From positions 1-44,814 of the forward strand of contig JAITNL010000082.1 in assembly GCA_031290495.1 (NCBI GenBank): DNA of 44,814 nucleotides, written 5' to 3'. The stretch is from Accumulibacter sp. (lineage in GTDB: Bacteria > Pseudomonadota > Gammaproteobacteria > Burkholderiales > Rhodocyclaceae). A program made the translations under genes and the position numbers. Shown piece by piece: positions 15,277-25,832 of the stretch (position 1 is its first letter; every line of letters begins with the position of its first letter). The notes beneath the pieces are model-generated. The model saw only the letters and a list, made by a program, of their open reading frames with translations. It did no database searches and was not told the origin of the DNA.

Positions 15277-15416
15277 CCGGTTTGTCCTGCTCTGCCCTGG
15301 GGGTGGAAAAAAAGATGAAGAAAACCTTGCCATCGGAGTGCGTCCTCCAGGAAATGAGCGGACAACCGCTATTTTCAGGATAATATCCACACCTCGTCTT
15401 CCTCGTCTTCCCGCTC

Positions 15417-17057
15417 ATGTCGATCCCCAAAAAAAGTTTGTTGCCATTATTGTCATTGCTGGCCGTAATCATTGCCGCCGGGGCGTGGATGTTGCTGCGT
15501 CCACCGCCTTATGCCGGACCGTCCGGCGCGGTTGACGCCGACACCGCGCATCCCGACGCGCTGATTCGCACCTCCAGCCTGGCGAAACTGCCGGCGGATC
15601 TGTTGCGGATACCGCTCGCCCGCGACGTGCTTAGCGAAGATTTCGTCACCTATTACGAACAGAACGAAAACCGGCTGGCGCTCTCCGGCGCGGTGCGGCG
15701 CATCGCCTTCGAGCACAAGCTGGATTTCCCCGAAAGGCTGCTCGAATCCGTGCTCGACGAACCCGCCGAAGTCGCGCTGTGGCGGGATAGCGGCGGCCGC
15801 TTGCGGCATTTCATGGTGGTCATGCCGCGCAATACGCTGGCGCGGGCGATCCAGACGCTCCTGCCGGTCGTTTCCAGCGTGACCGACATGCAGTTGTCGT
15901 CGGCGGGCAAGCTCGACGGCACGGAAGTGGAAATTCTGGTGCTGGAATACGGCTACCGCCATCGCCTGCTGCTGCTCGCCAAGGACGAGCGCGTGGTGGC
16001 GCTCTCCGATCCAGGCATGTTGCTGGTGTCCGACGGCGGCGGTGAAAGGCCGTGGAAACAGGCGGAGAAGATGGTGGCGCTGCTCGGTAAATTGCTGGAT
16101 GGCAAGAACGCCGTTTCTCCGTTCGCCAAGGCTTTTCATCTCACCGAGGCGCTGCCCGAAAAGAAGCACGAGTTAATTCTGGGCGCTTCGGTGTTCGCTT
16201 TTGGCTACGGGGTTTTCGCGCCGGGACTGGAGGCGCTGCGCCTGAGCTTCGACGATCAGGGGGCGTGGCAAAGTTCCGTCGCGCTCAACGCGCCGCGTCC
16301 GGACGATGGCGCGCTGTGGGCGGCGCTGCCTTACGGCCCGAGTCTGTGCGCCAGCGTGCCGGTGGATTGGACGCGGCTGGCGGTTTTGCTGGGCAGTTTC
16401 AACGACAGATACGCGCAGCCCGTGGTTCCCGCTCAATTCGTCGACCGTTTCAAGGGCAGCGCCGCCGTGTGCTGGTACAAGGATTCACGCCTGTACACAC
16501 CGCTGTTCGCGGCGCGGCTGAACGCCGCCGTGAACGAAAAGCAGACCCAGGAGTTTTTCGCGCTGGCCGACGCGGCGATCAACGGCGAAAGCGCAGCGTC
16601 TTTCGACGCGGCCAGCGGCAGCGGACGCTGGCAGAGTGGCGTGGCGTCGAAGTTCGGCGCGAGCGGGGATAAAGGCGAACGGATGCTGAAACCGGCGCTG
16701 GCGCTTCAGCGCGATCTGGTTTTCTTTTCGCCCGACGCCAGGCTGGTCGACAGCGCCATCGACGTCGCCGCCAAACGCTATCCGGCGTTGGCCGACAAAT
16801 TTGCCCATACCGATGGCAGCGCCCTGGCGTTCATCGATCCCGAGGCGCTGGCCGGACTGCTGCGCAAGGAAACTTTCGCTGCCCTGCCGCGTAACGAGGA
16901 GCCGATATTCCGCAACGCCGCCGACGCCTGGCTCGCGCCGAGGCTTGAGGCGCTGGCGCGCTATCCGGCGCAACGGGTCAGGTTCGCGGCAGACAAGGCG
17001 GATAAACCCCATGCGTGGCACGTCCTGGAGTGGGAAGCCGACGGCGCGGTGCGCTGA
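15417..17057 (+). CDS. yfaA: YfaA/MagB family protein (DUF2138), N-terminal membrane anchor
   Basis: PDALIRTSSLAKLPADLL, LSEDFVTYYE...RRIAFEH and VCWYKDSRLYTPLF. First gene of the macroglobulin operon. Confidence 0.88.
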   Translation: MSIPKKSLLPLLSLLAVIIAAGAWMLLRPPPYAGPSGAVDADTAHPDALIRTSSLAKLPADLLRIPLARDVLSEDFVTYYEQNENRLALSGAVRRIAFEHKLDFPERLLESVLDEPAEVALWRDSGGRLRHFMVVMPRNTLARAIQTLLPVVSSVTDMQLSSAGKLDGTEVEILVLEYGYRHRLLLLAKDERVVALSDPGMLLVSDGGGERPWKQAEKMVALLGKLLDGKNAVSPFAKAFHLTEALPEKKHELILGASVFAFGYGVFAPGLEALRLSFDDQGAWQSSVALNAPRPDDGALWAALPYGPSLCASVPVDWTRLAVLLGSFNDRYAQPVVPAQFVDRFKGSAAVCWYKDSRLYTPLFAARLNAAVNEKQTQEFFALADAAINGESAASFDAASGSGRWQSGVASKFGASGDKGERMLKPALALQRDLVFFSPDARLVDSAIDVAAKRYPALADKFAHTDGSALAFIDPEALAGLLRKETFAALPRNEEPIFRNAADAWLAPRLEALARYPAQRVRFAADKADKPHAWHVLEWEADGAVR

Positions 17058-17767
17058 TGTCTCAATCCATGAACCTAGATCCGCCGCGCCGCCGTTTTTG
17101 CCGGACGTTTGCCGCGCTGGGCGCGGCATCTATGGCAGGTTTGGCCGTACCGGCGTGGGCTTTGCCGCCCGCTTTGCCGGGCGCGAAGAATAGCGCGCCG
17201 CCGCTGCGCCTCGACGCCGCGCAAAGCCGGGCGCTGCGCGCCTGGATCGTGCGCATCGCCGAGGAGCAAATCCGCTGGGGGCCGACGCCGCGCTGGACGC
17301 AGCGCGATTGCGCCGGGCTGGTCAGGTTCGCCGTCGCGGAGGCGTTGATCGAACACGACGCGCGCTGGCGGCGGGCAATGGGCATCGACGGACGCTTGCC
17401 GCCCGATCTGGTGCCGGAAGAAGCGCGCCGCGCTTTGCGCAACGTCTGGAAACGGCCCGACGGCAGCGCGGGCGCTTATGTAAACGCCATCGGCCTGGTG
17501 CAGGAAAACAGCCTGGCGCGCGGGCGCGACATGCGTCTGGCGCGCCAGGCGGACTTGCTGTTTTTCGACCAGGGGCAGGAACAGCATCTGATGCTGTGGA
17601 CGGGACGCCGGATCGTCTATCACAACGGCGCGGCTCCCCGCCCCGACGACAACGGCCTGCGCGCGGTTTCGCTCGCCGCGCTGCTGCACTGGAACGACAC
17701 GCGCTGGCGGCCCGAAGCGGGCAATCCGAATTTCGCCGGCGTGTTTTCACTGGCTTTTTTGACTTGA
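17057..17767 (+). CDS. yfaT: YfaT/MagC family protein (DUF1175)
   Basis: RDCAGLVRFA, DLLFFDQG..QHLMLWTG, YHNG, DTRWRP...NPNFAG. ATG overlaps the yfaA stop (TGATG). RRRF plus hydrophobic leader is Tat-like. Confidence 0.88.
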   Translation: MSQSMNLDPPRRRFCRTFAALGAASMAGLAVPAWALPPALPGAKNSAPPLRLDAAQSRALRAWIVRIAEEQIRWGPTPRWTQRDCAGLVRFAVAEALIEHDARWRRAMGIDGRLPPDLVPEEARRALRNVWKRPDGSAGAYVNAIGLVQENSLARGRDMRLARQADLLFFDQGQEQHLMLWTGRRIVYHNGAAPRPDDNGLRAVSLAALLHWNDTRWRPEAGNPNFAGVFSLAFLT

Positions 17768-17775
17768 AGACCACG

Positions 17776-20700
17776 ATGACCTCCTTACGCAAATACTCTC
17801 TCGCGGCGCTCGCCGCAGGCACCCTGTCCTTGCTCTGCGCGTCTTTGTGGGCGCAGCAGGAAACGGGCCAAAACAGCGCTTACTCCCCGGCGGCGAGCCG
17901 GCCGTTTTTCGTCCTCACCGATACGCAGTACGGCACCGACGACGAAGCCCTGTTGCGCGTGGAAATTCCGGGCGACGGCGGCAAGTGGGCGGTAAGCGAG
18001 CAGGGCGGCATCGACATCGTGCTTTATCGCGTGCCCGATCCGCTCGCTTTCCTGAAGGCGCAAAAAAACCTGCACCGCGTCGACGTCACGGCGCGTCCGC
18101 GCGACGAGGGCGTCGCCAACACGCTCAGTTATTTGTGGAGCAACGCCTGGAACAAATCGCGCCGCGCCTGGCGCGACGTGTTCCAGTACGAAGCCAAGCT
18201 CGCGGTGACGGAAACGGCCCCGGCGTTGAAGACCCATTTCGCGTGGCCAGACTATCGCCCCGCCACGAACTTCAAGCCGCTGGCCGGGTTCGAACTCGTC
18301 GATCGCTTCCGCTATCCGTTGATGGCGGCAAAACCCATCGAGCCGCTGGATGGGAAAGAAGGCACATTCCTTGCCGGTTCGAGCAGCAATTTCGTGGCGA
18401 AGAACGAAGGCAATTTTTACGTACCGCTCGGCAAATTGCGGCCTGGCCTCTACATCGCCGAAGCTCTGCTCGGCACGCACCGCGCCACCACCCTCGTCTT
18501 CGTTTCCGACACCGTCGCCGTGACCAAGATCACCGCCGGTTCGCTGCTGGTGTGGGCGGTGCATCGCACCGAGGGGAATCCAGTGCCCAACGCCGGTCTG
18601 CAATGGACCGACGGGTACGGCGTGCTGTCCTCGGCGACGACCGATGTCAACGGTTTGGCGACGCTCGCGCATACCAGCCCGGAGCGCACTTATCTGCTCG
18701 GGCAGGACCCGGCGGGCGGCGTGTTCGTTTCCGAAAATTTTTATTACGACAGCGAGATTCACGCCACCAAGCTCTACACCGTCACCGACCGGCCGCTGTA
18801 CCGTCCCGGCGACGAGGTCAACATCAAATTCCTGGCGCGCGAATACCGCGCCGCGAACGAGTCGGCAATACCGCGCGCCGGCGAGCTTGGCGTCAGCGTC
18901 ATCGATCCCAATGGCACGCCGGTATGGAGCGGCAAAATCGCGCTCAACCCCGAACGCGGCGCGGATACGCTCTTCCGCCTGCCGGAAGACGCCGCCGCCG
19001 GAGGCTACGAGATTCGCGCGAAATACCTGGGCAAAATGTATGGCGCGGCGTTCCGCGTCGCCGAATACGTGAAGCCGCACCTGGATATCGCGCTGATCCC
19101 CGACCATGAGAATTTCAAGACCGGCGAACCCGTCTCCGGCGCCCTTCGCCTGACCTACCCCAACGGCGATGCGGTGAAAAACGCCGCCATCGAACTGACC
19201 CTGCGCGCGCAAACCCTGAGCATGGTGCAGGGCGAACTGCGTTACGGCGGGCTGTTCCCGGTGGCACTGTCGACGGTCACGCTGACTTCCGACGAGCAGG
19301 GCGAGGCCCGTTTCGAGTTGCCGCCCGCGAAAGAGCCGTCCCGATTGATCCTTTCCATGCTGGTGACCGACGGCGCGGCCTACCGGGTGCGCAAGACGCG
19401 CGAACTGCTGGTCGAGCGCGCCGCGGCGAACTGGCGGCTGGTGAGCGCGCGCAAGTTCTCGATGCCCGGCGAGGCGCTGAATTTCGGCCTCGAAGCGGAA
19501 ACCCCGGACAGCGAGAAAGTCGCCCGGCCGACGAGTTGGGAAATCGTCCGCCTCGAAGACCAGACGAAAACTTCCGGCGCGTTCGACGCCGCCGCGCGCA
19601 CATGGACGCCCACGCTGGACAAGCCCGGTTCCTATTCGCTGATGCTGCGCGATGACCAGGGCAACCTGGTCGCGGCGACGGCGCATTGGGTCGGCGGTCA
19701 AGGTGACGCGGCGCAAGGGGTGAAAGTCATCCCCGGCACCATCGAAATGGTCACTCATCAGGAACGCTACCAGCCCGGCGACACCGCCGAAGTGCTGATT
19801 ACCTTCTCCGAATCGGTCGACGAAGCCTTGTTTACCCTGGAACGCGACCAAGTCGACGCCGCCTCGCTGCTCTCCGACGTTCAGGGGAAGGACGCCGGTT
19901 GGGTGAGCGTCGAACGCCTCGCCGAAAATCAATGGCGCGCGCGCTTGCCCATCGCCGAAAACTACGCGCCGAACATGACCTTCTCGGTGGTTTACGTCAA
20001 ACACGGCGAATACGTGTTCCAGAACGCCGGTCTGGTGGTCACGCCGCCGCGTCTGGCGCTGGAGATCAAGACCGACAAGGCCAGCGTGCCGCCGGGCGAA
20101 ACGGTGACGGTGGACATCGACGCCACGCTGAAGGGCAAACCGGCGCGGGCGATGCTGACTGTCTCGGTCGTCGACGAAATGATCTATGCCCTGCAAGCGG
20201 AAATCGCCCCCGACGTGGCGGAGTTTTTCCAGCACGTCCGGCGCAACAACGTGCGTACCGGCGCGAGCCTGAATTTCATCACCTACGACGAAGCCGCCGA
20301 TTACGCCGACGACGCCGCGCGTCAGCCGCCGGCGCGTCACCAGTACAACGAGCGCGGCATCAAGATACTGGAGCGCGCGCGCCGCGACGACACCGATACC
20401 GCCGCCTGGCGGCCCACGCTCATCACCGATGAAAACGGCCACGCCCGCTTCAGCTTCAAGATGCCGGACGCGCTGTCGCGCTGGCGCGTCACCGTGCGCG
20501 CCGTTGCCCTCGACAAAGCCGCGCAGCAAAGCGGCGTTTTCGGGCAACGCACCGCCTACGTACAGTCCGACAAACCGCTGTACGCCAAATGGACATCGCC
20601 TGACTGGATGCGCGAAGGCGACGCGCCGGTCGCCGCGCTGGCCGTGTTCAACAACACCGAACAGCCGCGCGACGCGGAAGTCGTGCTCAAGCTCGCCGGG

Positions 20701-22440
20701 CGGGAAATCACCCGCCAGGCCACTCTGCCGCGCGGCGTCACCTACCTGCCTTTCCCCTTGCCGCCGTTCTCCGGCGCGCAAACGGCGCGGCTGGAAGTGC
20801 GCGCAGCGGGCCAAGCCGTCGACGCGCTGGAGACGCCCGTCACCGCCGAATCGACGCGCTGGCGCGGTATCCGCGAGCAATCGCTGGCGCTGGAGCACGG
20901 CGCGGCCGACCTCGATCTGCCCGCCGGCGCGCGCCAATTGAGTCTGCGTTTCGCCGCGAACGGCAGCGAGCATTTTTTGCGCATTGCCGATTCGCTGATC
21001 GACTATCCGTGGGGCTGCGTCGAACAAACGTCGAGCCGCCTGATTCCGCTGGCCATCGTCACCCCGTTGCTCGCCCCCGACCGCGCGCAAGGCAAGACCG
21101 CGCGTCTCTGGCAGGCGCTCTACAGCCAGCGTTTGCGTCTGGCCGCGCTGGCCGGCCCCAACGCCGTGTTCGGCTGGTGGGGCGACGGCACCGGCGACAG
21201 CGCGCTGATGACCGCCTACGCCTATTACGCCGACTGGCACGCCACGCGCACGCTGGGAATCAGCCTGCCCGCCGCGCATTGGGAACACGTGCTCGACGTC
21301 TACCGCGAACACGCCGACGAGGAACCCGTGCTGCATCGCGCCCTGGCGCTGTGGTTCACCCAGCAGATCGGCTTGCCGGTACGCACCCAGGCCGAAGGGT
21401 TGCTGACGCGGCTGGGGGCGGTCAAGGCGCAAGTGAACGACGCGAACGAAGGAGACGAAGCCGTGGAGGATACGGTCTCCAGCCCCATCCTGAACGCGCC
21501 GGACAGCGCTCTTGGTTTGGCCTACGCGCGTGTGCTGACGACCATCGTCGCGGCGCAAGCCAAGGTCAAGTCAGTAGACAGGAACGACGCAAAATCCGCC
21601 GACGCCATCCGGCTGCTGCAAGCCAGCGGACAAGCCTCGGCGCGCGCGTTGCTGCTGCTTGCCGGACACGGAAAGACGGACGCCGCCGCCATCCTCGCCG
21701 ATACCAGCGAAGCCACGCCGACGCTCGACCGCGCCTTGACGCTGGTGTGGACGCGCCAGGCGCTGGGCGGCGATTTCAGCGGCAAGGCCGCTGCCGCCGT
21801 CAAGCTCGTCGGACAGAAATGGCGGGCCAACGACGACACCCGTTTCGGGCAAACCGAATGGCGCTGGCTCACCGGCGAAACCTTGCCCGGCAACTTACAG
21901 GCGAGCAACGCTCCCGCCAAACTGACCGCGATCCTGCGCTACGAAGCCGACGAGGACGGCAACAGCGCTCTGCCGGTCGACATCGTGCGCACTCTCTATC
22001 GTCTGGAACGGCGCAATTTCGAGGAAGGCCGAGCCAGCTACGCCGCCGTGCCGGTCAACCCCGCGGACGGACTTTCCGCGCAGGAACTCTACCTCGACGA
22101 AATTCATCTTTCCGCGGAGAAAGTTCATCGTTACGGCATCGTCGAAGCCCCCCTGCCGCCGGGCGCGGCCATCGAGCGCAGCACCTGGGGCGTTAACCTG
22201 ATCGAGGGAGAAGGCGAGACCGCCAAGGCCATCGACCGCAGCCGCGCCGAAGAACACCGCGACCGCTACGGCGTACCGATCGAATATCTGCCCGCCGACC
22301 AAGACATCGTCCTGCGCCACCTGCTGCGCGTCGGGCAAAGCGGCCGTTTCACTCTGCCGCCGGTGCGTTATTACCGCATGTACCAGCCGGAGAAAAAGGC
22401 GTATGCCGAGGGCGGCAACGCGGTCTGGGTGGTGAATTGA
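17776..22440 (+). CDS. yfaS: Bacterial alpha-2-macroglobulin (YfaS/MagD type), ~1554 aa
   Basis: Thioester motif YPWGCVEQ (CVEQ at 21016-21027), TDRPLYRPGD, SVVDE, MPDALSRWR, C-terminal LPPVRYYRMYQP. Signal peptide from ATG 17776. Confidence 0.95.
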   Translation: MTSLRKYSLAALAAGTLSLLCASLWAQQETGQNSAYSPAASRPFFVLTDTQYGTDDEALLRVEIPGDGGKWAVSEQGGIDIVLYRVPDPLAFLKAQKNLHRVDVTARPRDEGVANTLSYLWSNAWNKSRRAWRDVFQYEAKLAVTETAPALKTHFAWPDYRPATNFKPLAGFELVDRFRYPLMAAKPIEPLDGKEGTFLAGSSSNFVAKNEGNFYVPLGKLRPGLYIAEALLGTHRATTLVFVSDTVAVTKITAGSLLVWAVHRTEGNPVPNAGLQWTDGYGVLSSATTDVNGLATLAHTSPERTYLLGQDPAGGVFVSENFYYDSEIHATKLYTVTDRPLYRPGDEVNIKFLAREYRAANESAIPRAGELGVSVIDPNGTPVWSGKIALNPERGADTLFRLPEDAAAGGYEIRAKYLGKMYGAAFRVAEYVKPHLDIALIPDHENFKTGEPVSGALRLTYPNGDAVKNAAIELTLRAQTLSMVQGELRYGGLFPVALSTVTLTSDEQGEARFELPPAKEPSRLILSMLVTDGAAYRVRKTRELLVERAAANWRLVSARKFSMPGEALNFGLEAETPDSEKVARPTSWEIVRLEDQTKTSGAFDAAARTWTPTLDKPGSYSLMLRDDQGNLVAATAHWVGGQGDAAQGVKVIPGTIEMVTHQERYQPGDTAEVLITFSESVDEALFTLERDQVDAASLLSDVQGKDAGWVSVERLAENQWRARLPIAENYAPNMTFSVVYVKHGEYVFQNAGLVVTPPRLALEIKTDKASVPPGETVTVDIDATLKGKPARAMLTVSVVDEMIYALQAEIAPDVAEFFQHVRRNNVRTGASLNFITYDEAADYADDAARQPPARHQYNERGIKILERARRDDTDTAAWRPTLITDENGHARFSFKMPDALSRWRVTVRAVALDKAAQQSGVFGQRTAYVQSDKPLYAKWTSPDWMREGDAPVAALAVFNNTEQPRDAEVVLKLAGREITRQATLPRGVTYLPFPLPPFSGAQTARLEVRAAGQAVDALETPVTAESTRWRGIREQSLALEHGAADLDLPAGARQLSLRFAANGSEHFLRIADSLIDYPWGCVEQTSSRLIPLAIVTPLLAPDRAQGKTARLWQALYSQRLRLAALAGPNAVFGWWGDGTGDSALMTAYAYYADWHATRTLGISLPAAHWEHVLDVYREHADEEPVLHRALALWFTQQIGLPVRTQAEGLLTRLGAVKAQVNDANEGDEAVEDTVSSPILNAPDSALGLAYARVLTTIVAAQAKVKSVDRNDAKSADAIRLLQASGQASARALLLLAGHGKTDAAAILADTSEATPTLDRALTLVWTRQALGGDFSGKAAAAVKLVGQKWRANDDTRFGQTEWRWLTGETLPGNLQASNAPAKLTAILRYEADEDGNSALPVDIVRTLYRLERRNFEEGRASYAAVPVNPADGLSAQELYLDEIHLSAEKVHRYGIVEAPLPPGAAIERSTWGVNLIEGEGETAKAIDRSRAEEHRDRYGVPIEYLPADQDIVLRHLLRVGQSGRFTLPPVRYYRMYQPEKKAYAEGGNAVWVVN

Positions 22441-22451
22441 GCGGATAAATT

Positions 22452-22487
22452 ATCCTGACGCACATGGCGATAATCGCCCCCTGAAGA
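22452..22487. repeat. Left arm of an imperfect inverted repeat bounding the defence cassette
   Basis: ATCCTGACGCACATGGCGATAATCGCC--CCCTGAAGA matches the reverse complement of 25920-25957 (ATCTTAACGTTCATGACGATACTCGCCACCCCTGAAGA) at 30 of 36 aligned positions with a 2-nt gap. Confidence 0.7.
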
Positions 22488-22513
22488 GCAACTAATTAGT
22501 TGCTCTTCAGGGG
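22478..22513. repeat. Perfect 36-bp palindrome (no loop)
   Basis: CCCCTGAAGAGCAACTAA|TTAGTTGCTCTTCAGGGG. Confidence 0.95.
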
Positions 22514-22613
22514 TTACGAGCCAGGCTCGCAACAGCTCGCGGCACAAGAATTGATACCTGAATTCCTGGAGTGTTAAGATCGTCCGCTCTTGATGATACT
22601 TTACATGATCGAA

Positions 22614-23717
22614 ATGACCACATCACCAGAAACGCGGAAACAAGAAATCGAAGGCTACGAAGCGCCGGAGCCAGGGGGGTGGGATGGCTATCCACTTGAC
22701 GAACTCTCGATTCGTGACGAGCGTCGTAGTGCGATGGATGTAGCTCGACGCATTGATCAAGGGCGCTTTGTGCTGGATCCTGATTTTCAGCGCGGGTTTG
22801 TCTGGGATGAGAAAAAACAAAGTCGCCTGATTGAGTCCATTCTGATGCGTATTCCTTTGCCTGTTTTTTACGTGGCCGAAGATGCGGATGGACGACTGAT
22901 CGTCGTGGATGGTCGCCAGCGATTGGCAACGCTTCAACATTTTTTTAAAGGCGAACTTCGACTTTCACTCAAGGATCGAGCGGAACTCAATGGCAAAAAG
23001 TTCGATGATCTTGAAGATCGATTGAAAAATCGTGTCGAAGATTGTCAATTGCTGTTTTATATCATCGATCATGATGTACCGGAAAGAGCACGCCTCGACA
23101 TTTTTGAACGTGTCAATGGCGGTGAAAAGCTAACACGCCAGCAGATGCGCAATGCCATTTACAATGGGGAAGGCACTCAATTCTTGAAAAATGAAGCTGA
23201 GAGTGATCTATTCCGTAAAGCAACAGGCGACAGTCTCAACGTCAAAACGATGCAGGACAGGGAGTTTGTAAACAGATTTTGTGCCTTTTCACTTCTGTCT
23301 CTTAAGACCTACAAGGGGGATATGGATGATTGGCTGGCCCGTGGGCTAACAGAACTGGGCAAGCTACCTGAAGAAAATCGGTGCGCTCTAAGCAACAAAT
23401 TTCGTCACAGTTTGAAAAACAATCAGACTGTCTTTGGTCGCCATGCTTTCCGGAAATATGATTCCATGGACCAAGACTCAAGACGGCGTCCTATCAATGT
23501 GTCAATTTTTGACGTCATGAGTGTGGAACTCGCGGAATACAGCGAAAGAACGGTGAAGTTACATACTAAAAAACTGCATCAATCTTTTTCTGCCTTGCTC
23601 ACAGAAAAGGAGTTCATGGATGCGACTACCCTTGGAACAAACTCGAAAAAAAATGTGTTCAAGCGATTCGAAATGGCCAGCAAAATGATGCAGGAGGTTT
23701 TCAGTGATGCTCTCTGA
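22614..23717 (+). CDS. nsnA: DUF262 (ParB/Srx-like) protein; Menshen NsnA-like
   Basis: Motifs PDFQRGFVW, SRLIESIL..IPLP, VVDGRQRL and IFERVNGG. AT-richer codons than the flanks. Start could be 22590, 22605 or 22614. Confidence 0.8.
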   Translation: MTTSPETRKQEIEGYEAPEPGGWDGYPLDELSIRDERRSAMDVARRIDQGRFVLDPDFQRGFVWDEKKQSRLIESILMRIPLPVFYVAEDADGRLIVVDGRQRLATLQHFFKGELRLSLKDRAELNGKKFDDLEDRLKNRVEDCQLLFYIIDHDVPERARLDIFERVNGGEKLTRQQMRNAIYNGEGTQFLKNEAESDLFRKATGDSLNVKTMQDREFVNRFCAFSLLSLKTYKGDMDDWLARGLTELGKLPEENRCALSNKFRHSLKNNQTVFGRHAFRKYDSMDQDSRRRPINVSIFDVMSVELAEYSERTVKLHTKKLHQSFSALLTEKEFMDATTLGTNSKKNVFKRFEMASKMMQEVFSDAL

Positions 23718-24825
23718 CCTTTACATCAAAAGTTTTAAGTGTTTCAAGAAACTTGAGCTTGAACTACGGCCACTGACGCTTCTTTCTGGCACCAATAGTG
23801 GCGGAAAATCATCTATCATCCAGGCGATTGTTCTTCTGAAGCAAACACTCACCGAGCGTGAGTGGGGTAAAGAACTCCTGCTTGCAGGCAACGAACTCGC
23901 ACTCGGCAGCGCGGCAGATGTGCTGAACCAGTCCGAACGGCAAAGCATGGAACTCGGGATCAGCACGGCATCACAACGTATTGTGTGGACATTTCAGGCA
24001 GAAGATCGTCGGGCACTTTCGGTCGTACTCCATTGTGTGGAAATCAACGGACAGGAAATCCCATTGACCGATCATGTTCGTTGGCTACTTCCCGCAACAC
24101 ATGCCGAGACTTCCGATGTGGTGTCCGCTTTGCGCCGGGTCTCGTGGATCACGGCGGAACGTACCGGGCCACGTGAATTGCTGACGCTTCTCGACAAACA
24201 AGGGCATATGCACGTAGGCGCACGAGGGGAGTTGGCAGCGGGGCTGCTGTATTGGCGGGGAGAGGACAGTGTATCTTCTGACCTTTGCTGCCCCAATGTT
24301 CCAAAGACGCTTTTCCACCAGGTACGTGCATGGATGCAGGTGTTTTTCCCGGGCAGCGACTTGCACGTTTCGCCTATTGATGGTGCCAGTGCTGTCAGCC
24401 TGAGTTTGCGATCCGATATTCGCTCAGACTTCCAGCGTCCACAAAACGTCGGTTTCGGGCTAACCCAATTATTTCCGATCATCGTTGCGGTACTTGCCGC
24501 ATCGGAGGGTGATGTCATACTCATCGAGAACCCGGAAGTCCATCTCCACCCCAAAGCACAGCAAGACATCGGAGACTTGCTCGCCAAAGCCGCCGCTGCT
24601 GGCGTACAGATCGTACTGGAAACCCACTCGGATCACGTCCTCAATGGTGTAAGACTTGCAGTCAAAACAAAGAAAATTTCGCCTGATAATGTCGTGGTTC
24701 ACTTTTTCACTCCTGATAGCGATTTTGTTCCGTTGTCTCCAACACTTGATACCGATGGCCGTCTCGATTCATGGCCCGAAGGCTTCTTTGACCAATTCGA
24801 CCACGCGCTGTCACAGCTCATGTAA
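23707..24825 (+). CDS. nsnB: ABC/AAA ATPase with C-terminal DUF3696; Menshen NsnB-like
   Basis: Walker A GTNSGGKS, signature NVGFGLTQ, Walker B ILIENPEVHLHP, H-loop ETHSDH, C-terminal WPEGFFDQ. Confidence 0.82.
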   Translation: MLSDLYIKSFKCFKKLELELRPLTLLSGTNSGGKSSIIQAIVLLKQTLTEREWGKELLLAGNELALGSAADVLNQSERQSMELGISTASQRIVWTFQAEDRRALSVVLHCVEINGQEIPLTDHVRWLLPATHAETSDVVSALRRVSWITAERTGPRELLTLLDKQGHMHVGARGELAAGLLYWRGEDSVSSDLCCPNVPKTLFHQVRAWMQVFFPGSDLHVSPIDGASAVSLSLRSDIRSDFQRPQNVGFGLTQLFPIIVAVLAASEGDVILIENPEVHLHPKAQQDIGDLLAKAAAAGVQIVLETHSDHVLNGVRLAVKTKKISPDNVVVHFFTPDSDFVPLSPTLDTDGRLDSWPEGFFDQFDHALSQLM

Positions 24826-24831
24826 TTAAGG

Positions 24832-25809
24832 ATGACCATGGAGCCTATCCTTGATGAAACATCCCTTGTGCCTTGTTCTGTACATTTACCTGGGCAACGT
24901 ATTGAAGCGCTTGCAAAAACACTGAAAGCACTGGATTCGGTTGGCGCAACACCTATACTGCGCTCGGTACGTGATGCTATGGATCGAGACCTTCTCGATG
25001 GTCAGAAAGGGGGATTGCGTCGTTGGTGTTTTGATCGGGCAACCTCAAAGGATGAAGGCCGCTTTGTTGCATCAAGGCTCGACAAACAGCCGCCTTTTAT
25101 CGACGGCTCCAATGGGCTGTTTGCCAATGCGGAAGGGCTGCGCATTATTGAAGCAAAAATCAACAATATCATAGTTATCGGGCTGGGGCTTGCGGCTCTG
25201 ACCGATGGTTTGGTCGTTGCGCTCGTAAGTCAGAAACGACTGAGAGGTGAACACTTTTCAGTCAGTCTCAATATCCTCGACGACAAAGAATTACGCACTG
25301 AACATAGAAATATACGTGTATTTTCACAAGAAAATGAAGTCCATGAGGCCAAAGAAGAACTCTCCAAGCGTATCACTGAAACGCTAAAAGATGGCGCAGC
25401 CATCGTGACGCGCATCACCGATGTATTTCCAAGGCTTTTATTAGGAAATCTGGCACGTAATCAAATCAAGATTCTTACCGGAAACGAGCGATGGTTTGGT
25501 CAACTTATTTATCATCTGCGTGCGCTTAATGAAGGTGCTCGTCTGTGGAAAATTGGCGCACAATTCAAACCCGAACCTGAAATCGACTTCAGTCACGAAT
25601 CACCGGAAACGCTTAAGCATGGTTCATACGGGCCAATGCGAGACTTTCATGTACCAGACGGCTTCAGCCCAAAACGTTGGTCGCTTCATACAAAACTGAC
25701 TGACGGTTTTCGCCTTTACTTCCGCGATGAAAGGCAAAACAGCACTGACCTAGGGCAAGTCCTCATTGGCTATTTTGGTCAGCATTTAAAAACAGTGAAA
25801 TACAAATAG
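24832..25809 (+). CDS. Hypothetical protein; probable Menshen NsnC-like effector with RelE-like C-terminus
   Basis: Third gene of the DUF262-ATPase cassette. C-terminal LHTKL..GFRLYF...VLIGYFGQHL pattern. Confidence 0.65.
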   Translation: MTMEPILDETSLVPCSVHLPGQRIEALAKTLKALDSVGATPILRSVRDAMDRDLLDGQKGGLRRWCFDRATSKDEGRFVASRLDKQPPFIDGSNGLFANAEGLRIIEAKINNIIVIGLGLAALTDGLVVALVSQKRLRGEHFSVSLNILDDKELRTEHRNIRVFSQENEVHEAKEELSKRITETLKDGAAIVTRITDVFPRLLLGNLARNQIKILTGNERWFGQLIYHLRALNEGARLWKIGAQFKPEPEIDFSHESPETLKHGSYGPMRDFHVPDGFSPKRWSLHTKLTDGFRLYFRDERQNSTDLGQVLIGYFGQHLKTVKYK

Positions 25810-25832
25810 CACGGATTAGGCCAAGACCCGAA

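Noticed and set aside
17785-21558. 1257-aa antisense ORF, and similar long shadows at 11198-13135, 14263-15390, 26238-27749 and 35416-37155
   Set aside because: They lie opposite well-supported genes, have no recognisable motifs, and are expected from GC-rich codon bias.
22478-22513. 36-bp palindrome as a simple rho-independent terminator
   Set aside because: It has no loop and no U-tract on either side, though pausing or termination cannot be excluded.
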